DNA from: an uncultured Candidatus Saccharibacteria bacterium
GTDB taxonomy: Bacteria > Patescibacteriota > Minisyncoccia > Portnoybacterales > UBA2143
Length of the DNA: 64,000 nt
Direction: 5' to 3'
NCBI GenBank assembly: GCA_964596615.1
Contig: CAZQUN010000004.1
Coordinates: 432 to 64,431 of the forward strand
The translations under genes were made by a program, and so were the position numbers. This document shows, in pieces, positions 18,643 to 28,924 of the stretch (position 1 is the first letter of the stretch; each line of letters begins with the position of its first letter). Under the pieces are notes generated by a model, which was not told the origin of the DNA, did no database searches, and was given only the letters and a program-made list of their open reading frames with translations.

Positions 18643-20013
18643 TTATTCCTCCAATCTTTTCTCCAGATTCCTGAAACTAACCTGGCTTTCATTGAAATAT
18701 AATTCAGCTCGGCCAGTTGGACCATTACGATGCTTGGCGATAATAATATCAGCAATATTTTTCCGGTCGGTATTAGGCCTTTCCTTATCCTCCCGATAGA
18801 TGAAAATCACCACATCAGCGTCCTGTTCTAAACTTCCACTTTCTCTTAAATCAGAAAGTTTGGGAATAGCCGGGGAGCGGGATTCAACAGAACGGTTGAG
18901 TTGGGAAATGGCTAAAACGGGAACTTCAAGTTCTCTGGCCAAAGATTTCAAACTTCGGGATATTTCTGTCATTTGCTGAACGGGCGAATCAAAATTATTC
19001 CTCGGCTGAATCATTTGGATGTAATCGATAATAATTAAACCAAGATTGTTTTGAGCCTGAAGTCGGCGAGCCATGGTTCTCATCTGTAAAATAGTCGGAG
19101 AAGGAGTATCATCAATATAGATTGAAGCATCCGATAATTCATCCAGCGCTCTCTGGATTTTTTCAAAATCATTATCCGGTCCTTCGCCGGATAAACGACC
19201 GGTCCGTATTCTCCAGGAATCAACTTCTGCCTGAGAACTAATTAACCGGTCAACTAATTGTTCCTTGGACATTTCAATACTAAAAACGGCAACTGGTGTT
19301 TTTTCCTTAATCGAAGTATGTCGAGCAATATTAAGAGCAAGCGAGGTTTTTCCAAGAGAAGGGCGGGCGCCTAAAATAATTAAATCGGATTTCTGAAAAC
19401 CAGAAAGATAGTTGTCAATATCAGCAAATCCGGTCGGGATACCTCTTGTGGCTTCTTCGCCCCGGTGCAACTTATCAATTCTTTCAAAAGCGCTTTCTAA
19501 AGCATCTTTAACCGGCATGAATTTCTGACTGACTGATCTTTGAGAAACACTAAATATCTTCTGTTCAGATTCATCGATCAGGGTTTCAACATCATCTGGT
19601 TCCTGATAACTTAATTGACTAATTTCATTAGAAGCTCCGATTAAATCACGAAGGGCTTTTTTGTTTTTAACAATTTTGGCGTAGTGGGTAATATGGGCGG
19701 CAGTTGGAACGGAATTAACCAGGTCAGTCAAATAGGTTGCTCCGCCAATTTCTTTTAATTTCTTTTTCTCTTCTAATCGGTTGGTTAAACTTAATAAATC
19801 AATTGGTTCATTTTTTTCATAAAGATCAACCATGGCTTGATAAATGCTGGTATGGATCCCTCGGTAGAAATCATCAGCAACAAGAATATCAGCTATTTTA
19901 ATAATAGCGTCTTTGTCCAACATCAAGGCTCCCAGAACAGATTGTTCGGCTTCAATATTCTGAGGCGGTAGTTTGCCTTCTATTTTAACTGATGGTTGTG
20001 TTTTTTCTGCCAT
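18643..20013 (-). CDS. dnaB: Replicative DNA helicase DnaB (canonical copy)
   Basis: 456 aa with Walker A GARPSLGKTS, and the conserved motifs SIEMS, IIDYIQMI, ISQLNR, LRESGSLEQDADVV and AKHRNGPTG. Confidence 0.9.
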   Translation of the reverse strand: MAEKTQPSVKIEGKLPPQNIEAEQSVLGALMLDKDAIIKIADILVADDFYRGIHTSIYQAMVDLYEKNEPIDLLSLTNRLEEKKKLKEIGGATYLTDLVNSVPTAAHITHYAKIVKNKKALRDLIGASNEISQLSYQEPDDVETLIDESEQKIFSVSQRSVSQKFMPVKDALESAFERIDKLHRGEEATRGIPTGFADIDNYLSGFQKSDLIILGARPSLGKTSLALNIARHTSIKEKTPVAVFSIEMSKEQLVDRLISSQAEVDSWRIRTGRLSGEGPDNDFEKIQRALDELSDASIYIDDTPSPTILQMRTMARRLQAQNNLGLIIIDYIQMIQPRNNFDSPVQQMTEISRSLKSLARELEVPVLAISQLNRSVESRSPAIPKLSDLRESGSLEQDADVVIFIYREDKERPNTDRKNIADIIIAKHRNGPTGRAELYFNESQVSFRNLEKRLEE

Positions 20014-20153
20014 ATTAAAAAGAGGGGCATACCCTCCATTATGTCAAAAGACATAATCTCATTCGCTCGGAAATAATTAAGCAAGCTTATTATTTCCTCT
20101 CTCATATCTATTATAGTTCTACCAAAAAATATTTCAAAGAGGAGAAATTGTGA

Positions 20154-21554
20154 TTATCTTGGGGAAATCTTCGAACCCTGTTCGGTGTCTTCTATTCTAT
20201 ACCCCTTGTCTTTAATTTCTTTTCTAATCCTATCAGATTCTTCAAAATTCTTTTCCTTCCTGGCTTTTTCTCTTTTTTCGGCCAGGTCTTTAATTTCCTG
20301 AGGAATTTCTTCTTTTTTAATCTCATCCAATTTAAGACCAAGAACTTTATCAAAATCCAAAAGAGTTGCCAGTTTATCTTGATTATCCAAATCTGATTTC
20401 AGAACTTCCTGGACAATAGTTAAGGCCAGAGGGGAATTAAAGTCATCAGATATTTTTTCAATAAATTTATCTTTGTATTCTTGGCTAACCCCACCCTTGT
20501 TATCACCCAATTCTTTTATCTGGGAAACCAAGTTATTAAAGCCTTTTTGAGCAGATTCCATGGCTTCAAAAGTAAAGTTCTGCTTGGAGCGGTAATGGGC
20601 TTGTAAAAACAGATAACGAAGGGAGAGGGGATTAAAACTCTTTTCTTTGATTTCAGACAGACCGTATCCCGTTCCTTCTGATTTAGCCATCTTCTTATTA
20701 TCAACCAATAAATGTTCATTATGGAGCCAGTAATTAACGAATTTAGCGTCATTAGCGGCTTCTGACTGAGCAATTTCATTAGTATGATGAACAGGGATAT
20801 GTTCAATCCCGCCCATATGAATATCTATGGTTTTTCCAAGGAGTTTTTTACTCATAACCGAACATTCAATATGCCAGCCGGGGAAGCCCTGGCCGTTTTC
20901 AACTAAATCAGATTTAAAAGGGGATGGCCATGTTTGAAGAGCATTTTTATGCTTTCCAGACCTGAAAAACCAGAGGGCAAAATCAGCTGGATTTTTTTTA
21001 TCCGGGTCAGTCACATCGGCCTTGCCGGCTCCTTTAATTTGTTCTTCTAAATTCTGACCGGAAAGGGCAGTATAGTTTTTGACTTTTGAGGTGTTAAAAT
21101 AGATAGCGAGGGGAGTTGAATAGGCAAATCCCTTATCAATTAATGCCTGGGTCATTTCAATCATTTCTTTAATGCATTCGGTTGCTTTTGGCTTATAATC
21201 CGGCTCTAGCATATTTAAATCTTTGGCATCTTCTTCGTAAATCTTAATATATTTCTGAGCAATTTCTTCAGGAGTTTTCTTTTCTCGTTTGGCGGCTTTT
21301 TCAATTTTATCCTCGCCTTCATCTTGATCGCTGGTCAAATGACCGACATCAGTATAGTTTCTGACATAATTAACTTGATAACCTAAATACTTTAAAGTTC
21401 TGACAATAAAATCAGCGCAGAAAAGACCCCGCATATTGCCAATATGTTGAGTCCAGTAAACAGTTGGCCCGCAATAGTAAAAGGAGACCTCATTTTCTTT
21501 AATGGATTTAAATTCTTCTTTTTGACGAGTGAGGGTATTGTAGAGCTTGAGCAT
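20154..21554 (-). CDS. cysS: Cysteinyl-tRNA synthetase
   Basis: Has the HIGH-type motif HIGNMRG, the CysRS N-terminus YYCGPTVY, a zinc-site Cys and a KMSKS-like KMAKS. Confidence 0.85.
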   Translation of the reverse strand: MLKLYNTLTRQKEEFKSIKENEVSFYYCGPTVYWTQHIGNMRGLFCADFIVRTLKYLGYQVNYVRNYTDVGHLTSDQDEGEDKIEKAAKREKKTPEEIAQKYIKIYEEDAKDLNMLEPDYKPKATECIKEMIEMTQALIDKGFAYSTPLAIYFNTSKVKNYTALSGQNLEEQIKGAGKADVTDPDKKNPADFALWFFRSGKHKNALQTWPSPFKSDLVENGQGFPGWHIECSVMSKKLLGKTIDIHMGGIEHIPVHHTNEIAQSEAANDAKFVNYWLHNEHLLVDNKKMAKSEGTGYGLSEIKEKSFNPLSLRYLFLQAHYRSKQNFTFEAMESAQKGFNNLVSQIKELGDNKGGVSQEYKDKFIEKISDDFNSPLALTIVQEVLKSDLDNQDKLATLLDFDKVLGLKLDEIKKEEIPQEIKDLAEKREKARKEKNFEESDRIRKEIKDKGYRIEDTEQGSKISPR

Positions 21555-21688
21555 AAATATATCATATCAAACTTTTATTAAAACACAAAGTTTCACTTGA
21601 CTTTTACAGCCAGCATGTTATAGTTTTAAGTATTAAGAATCAGTTCTTCTCACTAATAACCAAAAACGTCAAAAAAGGAGGATGTATC

Positions 21689-22459
21689 ATGAGAAAAAGT
21701 ATCATCTTAGTTTGTGTCTGTTTGGTTTCGGTTCCGGTGGCTTTCATCGCTTTTGCTGAAAATAAAGAAGCGATAAGTTGGGCTGACGCTAAGCCGAAGT
21801 GTCTGGCAGCTCTGAAAAGCCACATAAGAATTGACTTTGGCAATTGGGGAGTATATGAAGAGTGGTTTAATGAATTGAAGACCTCTAAAGAAAGAGCTGA
21901 GGTAGCCAAGTTGTGGGCCTTGGTTTCCGATGGCAGCTACACGGATTTGGTAATTCCCGGCATCGGTGAGTTTATGGGAATTTACCATTCCGAGATTAAG
22001 GCGACAAAGGAAGACGAGACACGCCAGGGACTTTTCGTGGCAATGCTCGACGGACTTATGGAAATCTTCGCTACCCTTGATACCCAAATCTCCGTTCGTG
22101 TTAACTTTCAAGAGGATAAGCGAAGAGATGGAAAACAGTTCCTAAGAGAGAAACTTGGCCGAGAAGCAGTACCGGGGGATTTCACCGATGAATCCTGGAA
22201 AGAATTCATAAAGATTTATCCTCATTACGATGTTGAACTGCCTGGTTTCTTTTCAACTCAGGTCATGTGGCAGAAAGGCAGTCGGTCGTATCAGAATTAC
22301 CACGATGCGGAGATTGTGGTAATTCGGAATGTACTTTCCGATGTTAATACCAGAGAAGTCCTGTCTAAATCAAATTACGAGATATTGTTCGCCAATCTTA
22401 CCGGCGGTGATACTCGTATCGCGGATGCTTCCTATTATATGGGAAGCTTCTCAAATTGA
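21689..22459 (+). CDS. Hypothetical secreted protein
   Basis: 256 aa with a signal peptide (LVCVCLVSVPVAFIAFA) and an AGGAGG RBS. Confidence 0.4.
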   Translation: MRKSIILVCVCLVSVPVAFIAFAENKEAISWADAKPKCLAALKSHIRIDFGNWGVYEEWFNELKTSKERAEVAKLWALVSDGSYTDLVIPGIGEFMGIYHSEIKATKEDETRQGLFVAMLDGLMEIFATLDTQISVRVNFQEDKRRDGKQFLREKLGREAVPGDFTDESWKEFIKIYPHYDVELPGFFSTQVMWQKGSRSYQNYHDAEIVVIRNVLSDVNTREVLSKSNYEILFANLTGGDTRIADASYYMGSFSN

Positions 22460-22535
22460 AGCTGGTCCTCTGCTCATTTCTCCAAACAACAAAAGGGCGA
22501 AGCATTTGCTTCGCCCTTTATGCTTGTCTAAAAAA

Positions 22536-23489
22536 TTACAACCATTTCTTTTTCTTAAAGTAGGCGACCATAATAGTGGTTGAGATAGCCATAGTAATGA
22601 CGATAATCCACCAGGAATTAACGTTCTGCTTGACAATCGGAATTTTATCAAAGACGTTCATACCAAAGAATCCAACAACAACGCTTAAAGGGAAGGTAAT
22701 AAAGGAAACCACAGTCAGGAATTTCATAATATCACTCAGTTTGTAGGAAAGAAGCGAGTTATTAGTTTCTTCTATTGAATTAATTAATTCACGATGGCTT
22801 TCCAGAACATTCCAAACCCGGATAATAGAACCAACAACTTCCTGGGATAATGACCTGACTTCCGGATTAAACAATCGACGGGACTTTTTTTCTAAAATAT
22901 CTAAAACCGAACGTTGAGGTTTAATTGCTCTTCTGAAATCAATTAAATCTCTTTTAATTAAAGCAATCTCCATGAGCATTTCTTTTTCTTTGCCTTCGAA
23001 AACATCGTTTTCTATCTTTTCAATATTTTCACCAATATGATCAAGCATGGGCAGGCATCGGTCAATCAGCCAATCAAGAACACTCATTAAAGCATGACCG
23101 TTGCTTCTGAAGATTTTTTTCTGATGGTAATCCTGGACTTCGCAATCCTTAAAAAGATTTTCCAGTTCATGAATCTTTTCAGCATGACTGGTAATTAAAG
23201 TATCAGCGGTTAAAATCAAATCAAGCTCAACCGGTTTTGTCTGTTTTTTCTTTGAATCATAGACCGGGAAATGAAGAACGATAAAAAGTTGCTCTGGGTA
23301 TTCTTCAATTTTAGGACGATGAATTGGCGGAAGGAATTGTTGGGCGATATACGGATGGAGATTGAATTTTTCTTTTAATTCTTCCAGATTGTTTTCATCT
23401 GGTTTTTCAATATCAATCCAGGTAATATTATTAAAAGTAATCTTTTTCATAAATGGGTCCCTTCTTTTAATTTTATTTAATTCTATCAT
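22536..23489 (-). CDS. corA: Mg2+/Co2+ transporter CorA
   Basis: 317 aa with two C-terminal TM helices and the GMN-type motif GFFGMNV. Confidence 0.8.
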   Translation of the reverse strand: MIELNKIKRRDPFMKKITFNNITWIDIEKPDENNLEELKEKFNLHPYIAQQFLPPIHRPKIEEYPEQLFIVLHFPVYDSKKKQTKPVELDLILTADTLITSHAEKIHELENLFKDCEVQDYHQKKIFRSNGHALMSVLDWLIDRCLPMLDHIGENIEKIENDVFEGKEKEMLMEIALIKRDLIDFRRAIKPQRSVLDILEKKSRRLFNPEVRSLSQEVVGSIIRVWNVLESHRELINSIEETNNSLLSYKLSDIMKFLTVVSFITFPLSVVVGFFGMNVFDKIPIVKQNVNSWWIIVITMAISTTIMVAYFKKKKWL

Positions 23490-23539
23490 ACTCTTTCTTT
23501 GTTTGACAACTTCTGGAAAAATGATACAATGTATTAAAG

Positions 23540-24016
23540 ATGAAAAAGAAGAAAATTACTTATCTTTCTGAAGAATCCGGAGACGAACTCAAAAAGATTA
23601 AAGATAAACTTAAGGAATGCCAAAAAGAAAAGGAGGAGTACCTGACCCAGGCGCAGCGTGCCCGGGCTGATTTGATTAACCACAAAAGAAGGCAGGAAGA
23701 AATGAAAGATAATCTGGCAGATAGTCTGGAAGCAAATATTGTCAGAGATTTTCTCCCGATCCTGGATAGTTTGAAAGCCGGGGCTAAAAAAGATAAAGGG
23801 ATAGAACAGGTTTTAAATCAGTTTCAACAAGAATTAATTAAAAAAGGGTTAGAAGAAATTAAATCTCTCGGTCAAAAGTTTAATCCCGAAATACACGAAG
23901 CAATCGAAGAAATAGAATCCAAAGAGGAACCCGGGATAATTGTTGAAGTAGTCCAGGACGGATACAGGATAAATAATTTAATATTAAGACCAAGCAAGGT
24001 TAAAATTAGTAAATAG
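23540..24016 (+). CDS. grpE: Nucleotide exchange factor GrpE
   Basis: Has a coiled-coil N-terminus and the GrpE-like motif RARADLINHKRRQEE, and heads the dnaK operon. Confidence 0.6.
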   Translation: MKKKKITYLSEESGDELKKIKDKLKECQKEKEEYLTQAQRARADLINHKRRQEEMKDNLADSLEANIVRDFLPILDSLKAGAKKDKGIEQVLNQFQQELIKKGLEEIKSLGQKFNPEIHEAIEEIESKEEPGIIVEVVQDGYRINNLILRPSKVKISK

Positions 24017-24029
24017 AAAGGGAAATACC

Positions 24030-24467
24030 ATGCCTATCAAATGGCAACCATTCAAAGATTTAAATAAGCGACCTCATCTTCCTGATATTTTTGAAGAAGA
24101 TGATCGAATGCCTTTTTCTCCGCATTTCCAGCAGGAAGAACCGGCAATTGATATTTATCAGGATAGAAACAATCTCTATATCGAACTTCCTTTAATTGGC
24201 ATTAAAGCCAAAGATGTTAGCGTTTCTATAAAGAATAATATTTTAATTATTGAAGGGAAAATTCAAGAAAAGAAAGAGGCCAAAGAAAAAGACTATATCA
24301 GAAAAGAAATCAGAAAAGGTTCTTTCCATCGGGCAATCAGATTGCCAGTTGAAGTTAAAGGAAACCAAGCCAGCGCTGAAACATCTGAAGGCATGCTTAA
24401 AATCACTCTTCCCAAAGCAGTCAAAGGGGCTCCTAAAGCTAATCGGGTCCCAATTAGGATTAAATAA
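24030..24467 (+). CDS. Small heat-shock protein (Hsp20 / alpha-crystallin family)
   Basis: 145 aa with an alpha-crystallin domain ([21 protein letters not shown] ... FHRAIRLP ... GMLKITLPK). Confidence 0.75.
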   Translation: MPIKWQPFKDLNKRPHLPDIFEEDDRMPFSPHFQQEEPAIDIYQDRNNLYIELPLIGIKAKDVSVSIKNNILIIEGKIQEKKEAKEKDYIRKEIRKGSFHRAIRLPVEVKGNQASAETSEGMLKITLPKAVKGAPKANRVPIRIK

Positions 24468-24469
24468 CT

Positions 24470-26314
24470 ATGAGTAAAGTAATTGGTATTGATTTAGGAA
24501 CCTCTAATTCTGCAGCCGCAGTTGTTGAGGCCGGAAAACCAACCATAATTCCTTCAGCCGAAGGAACAGTTATTGGCGGAGGCAAGGCCTTTCCATCCTA
24601 TGTTGCCCTTGATAAGAATGGCGGTCTTTTAGTTGGCGAGCCAGCCAGAAGACAGGCAGTCAGTAATCCGGAAAACACGGTTTCTGCTTTCAAGCGGAAA
24701 ATGGGGACAAAGGAAAAATATAGTTTGAATGGCAAGGAGTATACGCCGGAACAACTTTCTGCTTTTGTCCTGCAGAAAATTAAAAAAGATGCCGAGGCCT
24801 TTTTAGGCGAACCAATCCAGAAAGCAGTCATTACTGTCCCGGCCTATTTCAATGATTCTCAAAGACAAGCAACCAAAGACGCCGGCTCAATCGCCGGATT
24901 AGAAGTTGTCCGAATTATCAACGAGCCAACAGCGGCTTCTCTTTCTTATGGAATTGACAAGGCCGGTCAGGAAGAAAAGATTCTTGTTTTTGACTTTGGC
25001 GGCGGAACTCTTGATGTCACAATTATGGATTTTGGCGAAGGTGTTTTCGAAGTTAAATCAACCTCAGGCGATACTCAATTGGGCGGAACCGATATGGATG
25101 AAATTCTAGTTGAATATATTCTTGAAGAATTTAAAAAAGAAAACAATATTGATTTAAAAGAAGATCGGACAGCCTTGGAAAGAGTTAAAGATGCGGCTGA
25201 AAAAGCTAAAATTGAACTATCAAGCGTTTTAGAAACAGACATTATCATTCCTTTTATCAGTCAATCCAAGGAATTGAATATGAAAATTACCCGGGCGAAA
25301 TTGGAAGAATTAGTTAAGCCCATTGTTGAAAAATGCCGCGGTCCATTGGAGCAGGCTTTAAATGATTCTAAACTAACTCCTAATGATATTACTAAAATAA
25401 TCCTGGTTGGCGGACCGACCCGAATGCCGATTGTTCAAAGTTTTGTTGAGGACTATGCCGGCAAAAAGATTGAAAGGGGAGTTGACCCAATGGAATGTGT
25501 TGCTCTTGGAGCGGCAATTCAGGGTGGAATTCTGACCGGAGAAACAAAAGATGTTCTTTTGCTTGATGTTACTCCGCTGACTTTAGGGATTGAAACTCTT
25601 GGTCAGGTCATGACTCCTTTAATTGAAAGAAATACAACCATTCCAACTTCTAAATCACAGGTTTTTTCAACAGCAGCTGATAATCAGCCGGCAGTTGATG
25701 TTCATGTTCTTCAGGGAGAAAGGCCAATAGCGACTGATAACCGAACCCTGGGCCGATTTATTCTTGATGGCATTCCGCCTGCTCCAAGGGGCGTTCCTCA
25801 GATTGAAGTTAGTTTTGACATTGATGCCAACGGAATTTTAAATGTCAAAGCTAAGGACAAAGCAACCAACAAGGAACAGAAAATTACTATTACCGACTCT
25901 TCATCCCTTTCCAAAGAAGACATTGAAAAAATGAAAAAGGAAGCTGAAGCTCATTCAGCTGAAGACAGAAAGAAAAAAGAATTAATTGAAACCAGAAATC
26001 AGGCTGATACTTTAATCTTTTCAACCGAGAAAGCCATAAAGGAAGCTGGTGATAAAGTTAAACCAGAAGACAAAAAAGAAGTTGAAGAAAAATTAGAATC
26101 TCTCAAAAAACTTAAAGATTCTAATGAAGTTGATTCTCTTAAAAAAGCAATTGATGAATTATCCCAGGTTATCCAGAAAATCGGCGCTCAATTGTATCAG
26201 AAAGTTGAGGAGGAAAAGAAAGAACAGAGTGAGCCGGAAATTAAAGGAGACAAAAAGACAGTTAAAGGAGAATACGAAGAAATTAAAAAGGAGGGGAATA
26301 ATGCGAATAAATAA
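24470..26314 (+). CDS. dnaK: Chaperone DnaK (Hsp70)
   Basis: 614 aa with the signature motifs [29 protein letters not shown] and [15 protein letters not shown]. Confidence 0.95.
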   Translation: MSKVIGIDLGTSNSAAAVVEAGKPTIIPSAEGTVIGGGKAFPSYVALDKNGGLLVGEPARRQAVSNPENTVSAFKRKMGTKEKYSLNGKEYTPEQLSAFVLQKIKKDAEAFLGEPIQKAVITVPAYFNDSQRQATKDAGSIAGLEVVRIINEPTAASLSYGIDKAGQEEKILVFDFGGGTLDVTIMDFGEGVFEVKSTSGDTQLGGTDMDEILVEYILEEFKKENNIDLKEDRTALERVKDAAEKAKIELSSVLETDIIIPFISQSKELNMKITRAKLEELVKPIVEKCRGPLEQALNDSKLTPNDITKIILVGGPTRMPIVQSFVEDYAGKKIERGVDPMECVALGAAIQGGILTGETKDVLLLDVTPLTLGIETLGQVMTPLIERNTTIPTSKSQVFSTAADNQPAVDVHVLQGERPIATDNRTLGRFILDGIPPAPRGVPQIEVSFDIDANGILNVKAKDKATNKEQKITITDSSSLSKEDIEKMKKEAEAHSAEDRKKKELIETRNQADTLIFSTEKAIKEAGDKVKPEDKKEVEEKLESLKKLKDSNEVDSLKKAIDELSQVIQKIGAQLYQKVEEEKKEQSEPEIKGDKKTVKGEYEEIKKEGNNANK

Positions 26315-27077
26315 AAATCAAATAACTAACTCAGTCATTGTCGGTCTGGCAACTCTGGTTGCTGCAATTACCTGGGCCGGACTGAAAGGAGTATTGTTTA
26401 ACGATGGTTCTTGGATTTGGCCGAGCATTGGCCTTTTAATTTTATCAGTTTTCCTGAGTTTGAACTGGCTTTTAACCAAGTCAAGGACAATCCTTTTAAC
26501 AACCCTTGTCTTTATTCTGATTACTTTTTTACTCACTTTTGGTTTTGAAATTGAATTCTTGGCTGTTCTTGTTTTATCCTTGTTTTTCTTTGTTTTTGGT
26601 TCTTTCCGGGCAATTTCTGAAAAAGAGGACAGAATTAAAATTAACTCAATTAAAATCGTTAAAAGGGGCCTGCCATATATTATGACCGGCCTTGCTCTTG
26701 TTATTGCCTCGGCCTACTATTTTTCTCCTTTATCCACACTCGGCCAGGAAAGAATTGAAATTCCTCGTCCTTTCTTTGATAATATTATCGGTCCGGCAAG
26801 TGAGGTTTTTGAAGGGCAAACTGGTTTTGACTTGGGAGAAACACAGGAAACCCTTTATCAAACAATTAACGGAGAGATTAATAAGCGGAGCGAACCTTAC
26901 AAAGGATTTATTCCAATTAGTTTATCTATCGGTGTCTTTTTCGCCCTTAAAGTTATTAGCATCCCTTTTATCTGGCTAACAATTCTCTTGGCTTCTCTCA
27001 TTTTCAAAATCCTGATTTGGACAAAGGCAATCCATATCCATGAGAAGTCTGTTCTGAAGGAGGTAATCGAAATTTAA
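26301..27077 (+). CDS. Hypothetical polytopic membrane protein inserted between dnaK and dnaJ
   Basis: The start is trimmed to the ATG at 26301, which has a GGAGG RBS and lies inside the dnaK 3' end. It is in frame with the longer six-frame ORF and has about 6 TM helices. Confidence 0.45.
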   Translation: MRINKNQITNSVIVGLATLVAAITWAGLKGVLFNDGSWIWPSIGLLILSVFLSLNWLLTKSRTILLTTLVFILITFLLTFGFEIEFLAVLVLSLFFFVFGSFRAISEKEDRIKINSIKIVKRGLPYIMTGLALVIASAYYFSPLSTLGQERIEIPRPFFDNIIGPASEVFEGQTGFDLGETQETLYQTINGEINKRSEPYKGFIPISLSIGVFFALKVISIPFIWLTILLASLIFKILIWTKAIHIHEKSVLKEVIEI

Positions 27078-27079
27078 CC

Positions 27080-28165
27080 ATGGCTCAAGATTATTACGAA
27101 GTTCTCGGCGTTGACAAAGGCGCTGACGAGGGAGAAATTAAAAAGGCCTATCGGAAATTAGCTCTTAAATACCATCCTGACCGGGCACCGGAAAGCAAGA
27201 AGAAAGAATACGAGGAAAAATTCAAGGAAATCAGCCAGGCCTACCGAATTTTATCCGATAAAGAAAAAAAAGCCCAGTATGACCAGTTTGGCCAAACCTT
27301 TGAAGGACAGACGCCATTTGGACAGGGATTTTCCCAGCAGGACTTTCATTCTTTTTATGACGCTTTTGGCGGAGAAGATATTTTTGAAGACCTGGGCTTT
27401 AACAGAATTTTCGAAGAAATCTTTGGCAGAGGGACCAGAGCAACTGCCCAGGCCGGTGATGATATTTCTATTGATATCGAGATTGGTTTAGAAGATGCCT
27501 ACAACGGGCTAGAAAAAGAAATTGATTTAAGGAAATTGGTAACTTGTTCTAAATGTCAGGGTAAAGGCGGAAAAAAACTAAAGAAGTGTTCAGTTTGTCA
27601 GGGAAGCGGTTACCAACAGACCCAAAGCAGAAGTATTTTTGGATATTTTATCCAACAAAGACCCTGTTCCCAATGCCAAGGCAGAGGAGAGATTCCAGAG
27701 GAAGAATGTCATTATTGCCGCGGACAGGGCCGAATCAAAGAGGATAAAAAAATTAAAGTCACTATTCCCCAGGGAATTGAAGATGGCCAGATTTTAAGAT
27801 TAAGCGGACAGGGGCAGGCCGGGAAACACGGCAGGCAATCAGGCGACCTTTTTGTTAACATCCATATCAAAGACCATAAGTATTTTAAACGTCAGCAAGA
27901 TAATCTTTTTTATGAGTTAGTTATCAACTTTACCCAGGCAAGTTTGGGTGATAAAATAGGGATACCGGCTATTGATGGGGAGGTTAATCTAAAAATTCCA
28001 TCAGGAACACAATCCGGAGAATTAATTGAATTAAAAGGCAAGGGCATGCCTCGGCTCTATGGAAGGGGAAAAGGGGATATGATTGTCAGGGTTCAAGTGG
28101 AAGTTCCTAAGAAGTTATCCCGTCAGCAAAAGAAATTAGTTCAAGAATTAAGTAAAACTAATTAA
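27080..28165 (+). CDS. dnaJ: Chaperone DnaJ
   Basis: Has a J-domain (YYEVLGV ... HPDR), a G/F region, a 4x CxxCxGxG zinc finger and a C-terminal substrate-binding domain. Confidence 0.9.
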   Translation: MAQDYYEVLGVDKGADEGEIKKAYRKLALKYHPDRAPESKKKEYEEKFKEISQAYRILSDKEKKAQYDQFGQTFEGQTPFGQGFSQQDFHSFYDAFGGEDIFEDLGFNRIFEEIFGRGTRATAQAGDDISIDIEIGLEDAYNGLEKEIDLRKLVTCSKCQGKGGKKLKKCSVCQGSGYQQTQSRSIFGYFIQQRPCSQCQGRGEIPEEECHYCRGQGRIKEDKKIKVTIPQGIEDGQILRLSGQGQAGKHGRQSGDLFVNIHIKDHKYFKRQQDNLFYELVINFTQASLGDKIGIPAIDGEVNLKIPSGTQSGELIELKGKGMPRLYGRGKGDMIVRVQVEVPKKLSRQQKKLVQELSKTN

Positions 28166-28166
28166 T

Positions 28167-28715
28167 ATGGAAATCCGTTCATTTCTGGCAAATCTCCATG
28201 TTGGCGCTGCTTCGGGCTGGGATTTATTCATCGCCCTGGTTTTTTTAATTGCCGTTCTAATTTATGGATTTTTCCTCGGGCGCAACCGAATGATAATTCT
28301 TTTAATCAGCAGCTATTTTTCCTTTTTAATTGTTAAATCTCTGCCCTGGCAGAAACTATCATCTTTGGGTTGGTTGGGTATTAACCAGGATCCATCTTCT
28401 TCTTCCAGAATTCTGATTTTTATCGCAATTATTCTTTTGCTCTATTTCCTAATCCCTCGTAGTGTTTTAAGCTCGCCTCTGCGAATTAAAAAAAGAGGAA
28501 ACGCTTCCTGGATTCAACTATTCATTCTTAGTGTTGTCCAGGTTGGATTACTGGCTATGGTTATTCTTTCGTTTCTTCCTCCTGAAGTCATTTCAAACCT
28601 TGGTTCGGTTATTAAAAAGATATTCGTTGGGCCGGAAGCTGAATTTGTCTGGGTAACTATTCCAATACTAGCCGTTGTCCTAATGCGGAGAAAAAAGGAA
28701 ATCGGGAAGAAATAG
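28167..28715 (+). CDS. Hypothetical membrane protein
   Basis: 182 aa with multiple TM helices. Confidence 0.35.
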   Translation: MEIRSFLANLHVGAASGWDLFIALVFLIAVLIYGFFLGRNRMIILLISSYFSFLIVKSLPWQKLSSLGWLGINQDPSSSSRILIFIAIILLLYFLIPRSVLSSPLRIKKRGNASWIQLFILSVVQVGLLAMVILSFLPPEVISNLGSVIKKIFVGPEAEFVWVTIPILAVVLMRRKKEIGKK

Positions 28716-28786
28716 GGGAAGGTAAAACTTATCAAGCTTTTGGCTTGATTTTTATTTCATTTTTAGGTAAAATATGTGGGTATTAT

Positions 28787-28860
28787 GGGGGTATAGCTCA
28801 GTGGTAGAGCAGAGGCCTTTTAAGCCTTTGATGGGGGTTCGATTCCCTCTACCCCTACCA
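28787..28860 (+). tRNA. tRNA-Lys (anticodon UUU), CCA encoded
   Basis: Acceptor GGGGGTA/TACCCCT, D-arm GCTC-AGTGGTA-GAGC, anticodon stem GAGGC/GCCTT with loop CTTTTAA, T-arm GGGGG-TTCGATT-CCCTC, then ACCA. A -10-like TATTAT lies immediately upstream. Confidence 0.85.
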
Positions 28861-28864
28861 TGAT

Positions 28865-28907
28865 AAAAACCCGCTTGTCTGCATTTTTCGCAGAGAGCGG
28901 GTTTTTG
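28865..28907. terminator. Bidirectional rho-independent terminator between tRNA-Lys and the convergent helicase gene
   Basis: AAAAACCCGCTtgTCTGCatttttcGCAGAgAGCGGGTTTTT forms a long interrupted stem flanked by an A-run and a T-run. Confidence 0.7.
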
Positions 28908-28924
28908 GTTTCAGGCTTTGAAAC

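Noticed and set aside
18642-18755. Longer RecR N-terminus overlapping the dnaB 3' end
   Set aside because: The conserved RecR N-terminus (MFPKSVQKLINELSKLPGIGPRSA) begins at the internal Met at 18641, exactly one base after the dnaB stop. The upstream extension is not RecR-like.
26124-26300. Extended N-terminus of the membrane ORF overlapping 190 nt of the dnaK 3' end
   Set aside because: The extension's translation is a Lys/Arg-rich read-through of the dnaK frame region. An in-frame ATG at 26301 with a GGAGG RBS gives a sensible start right at the dnaK stop.
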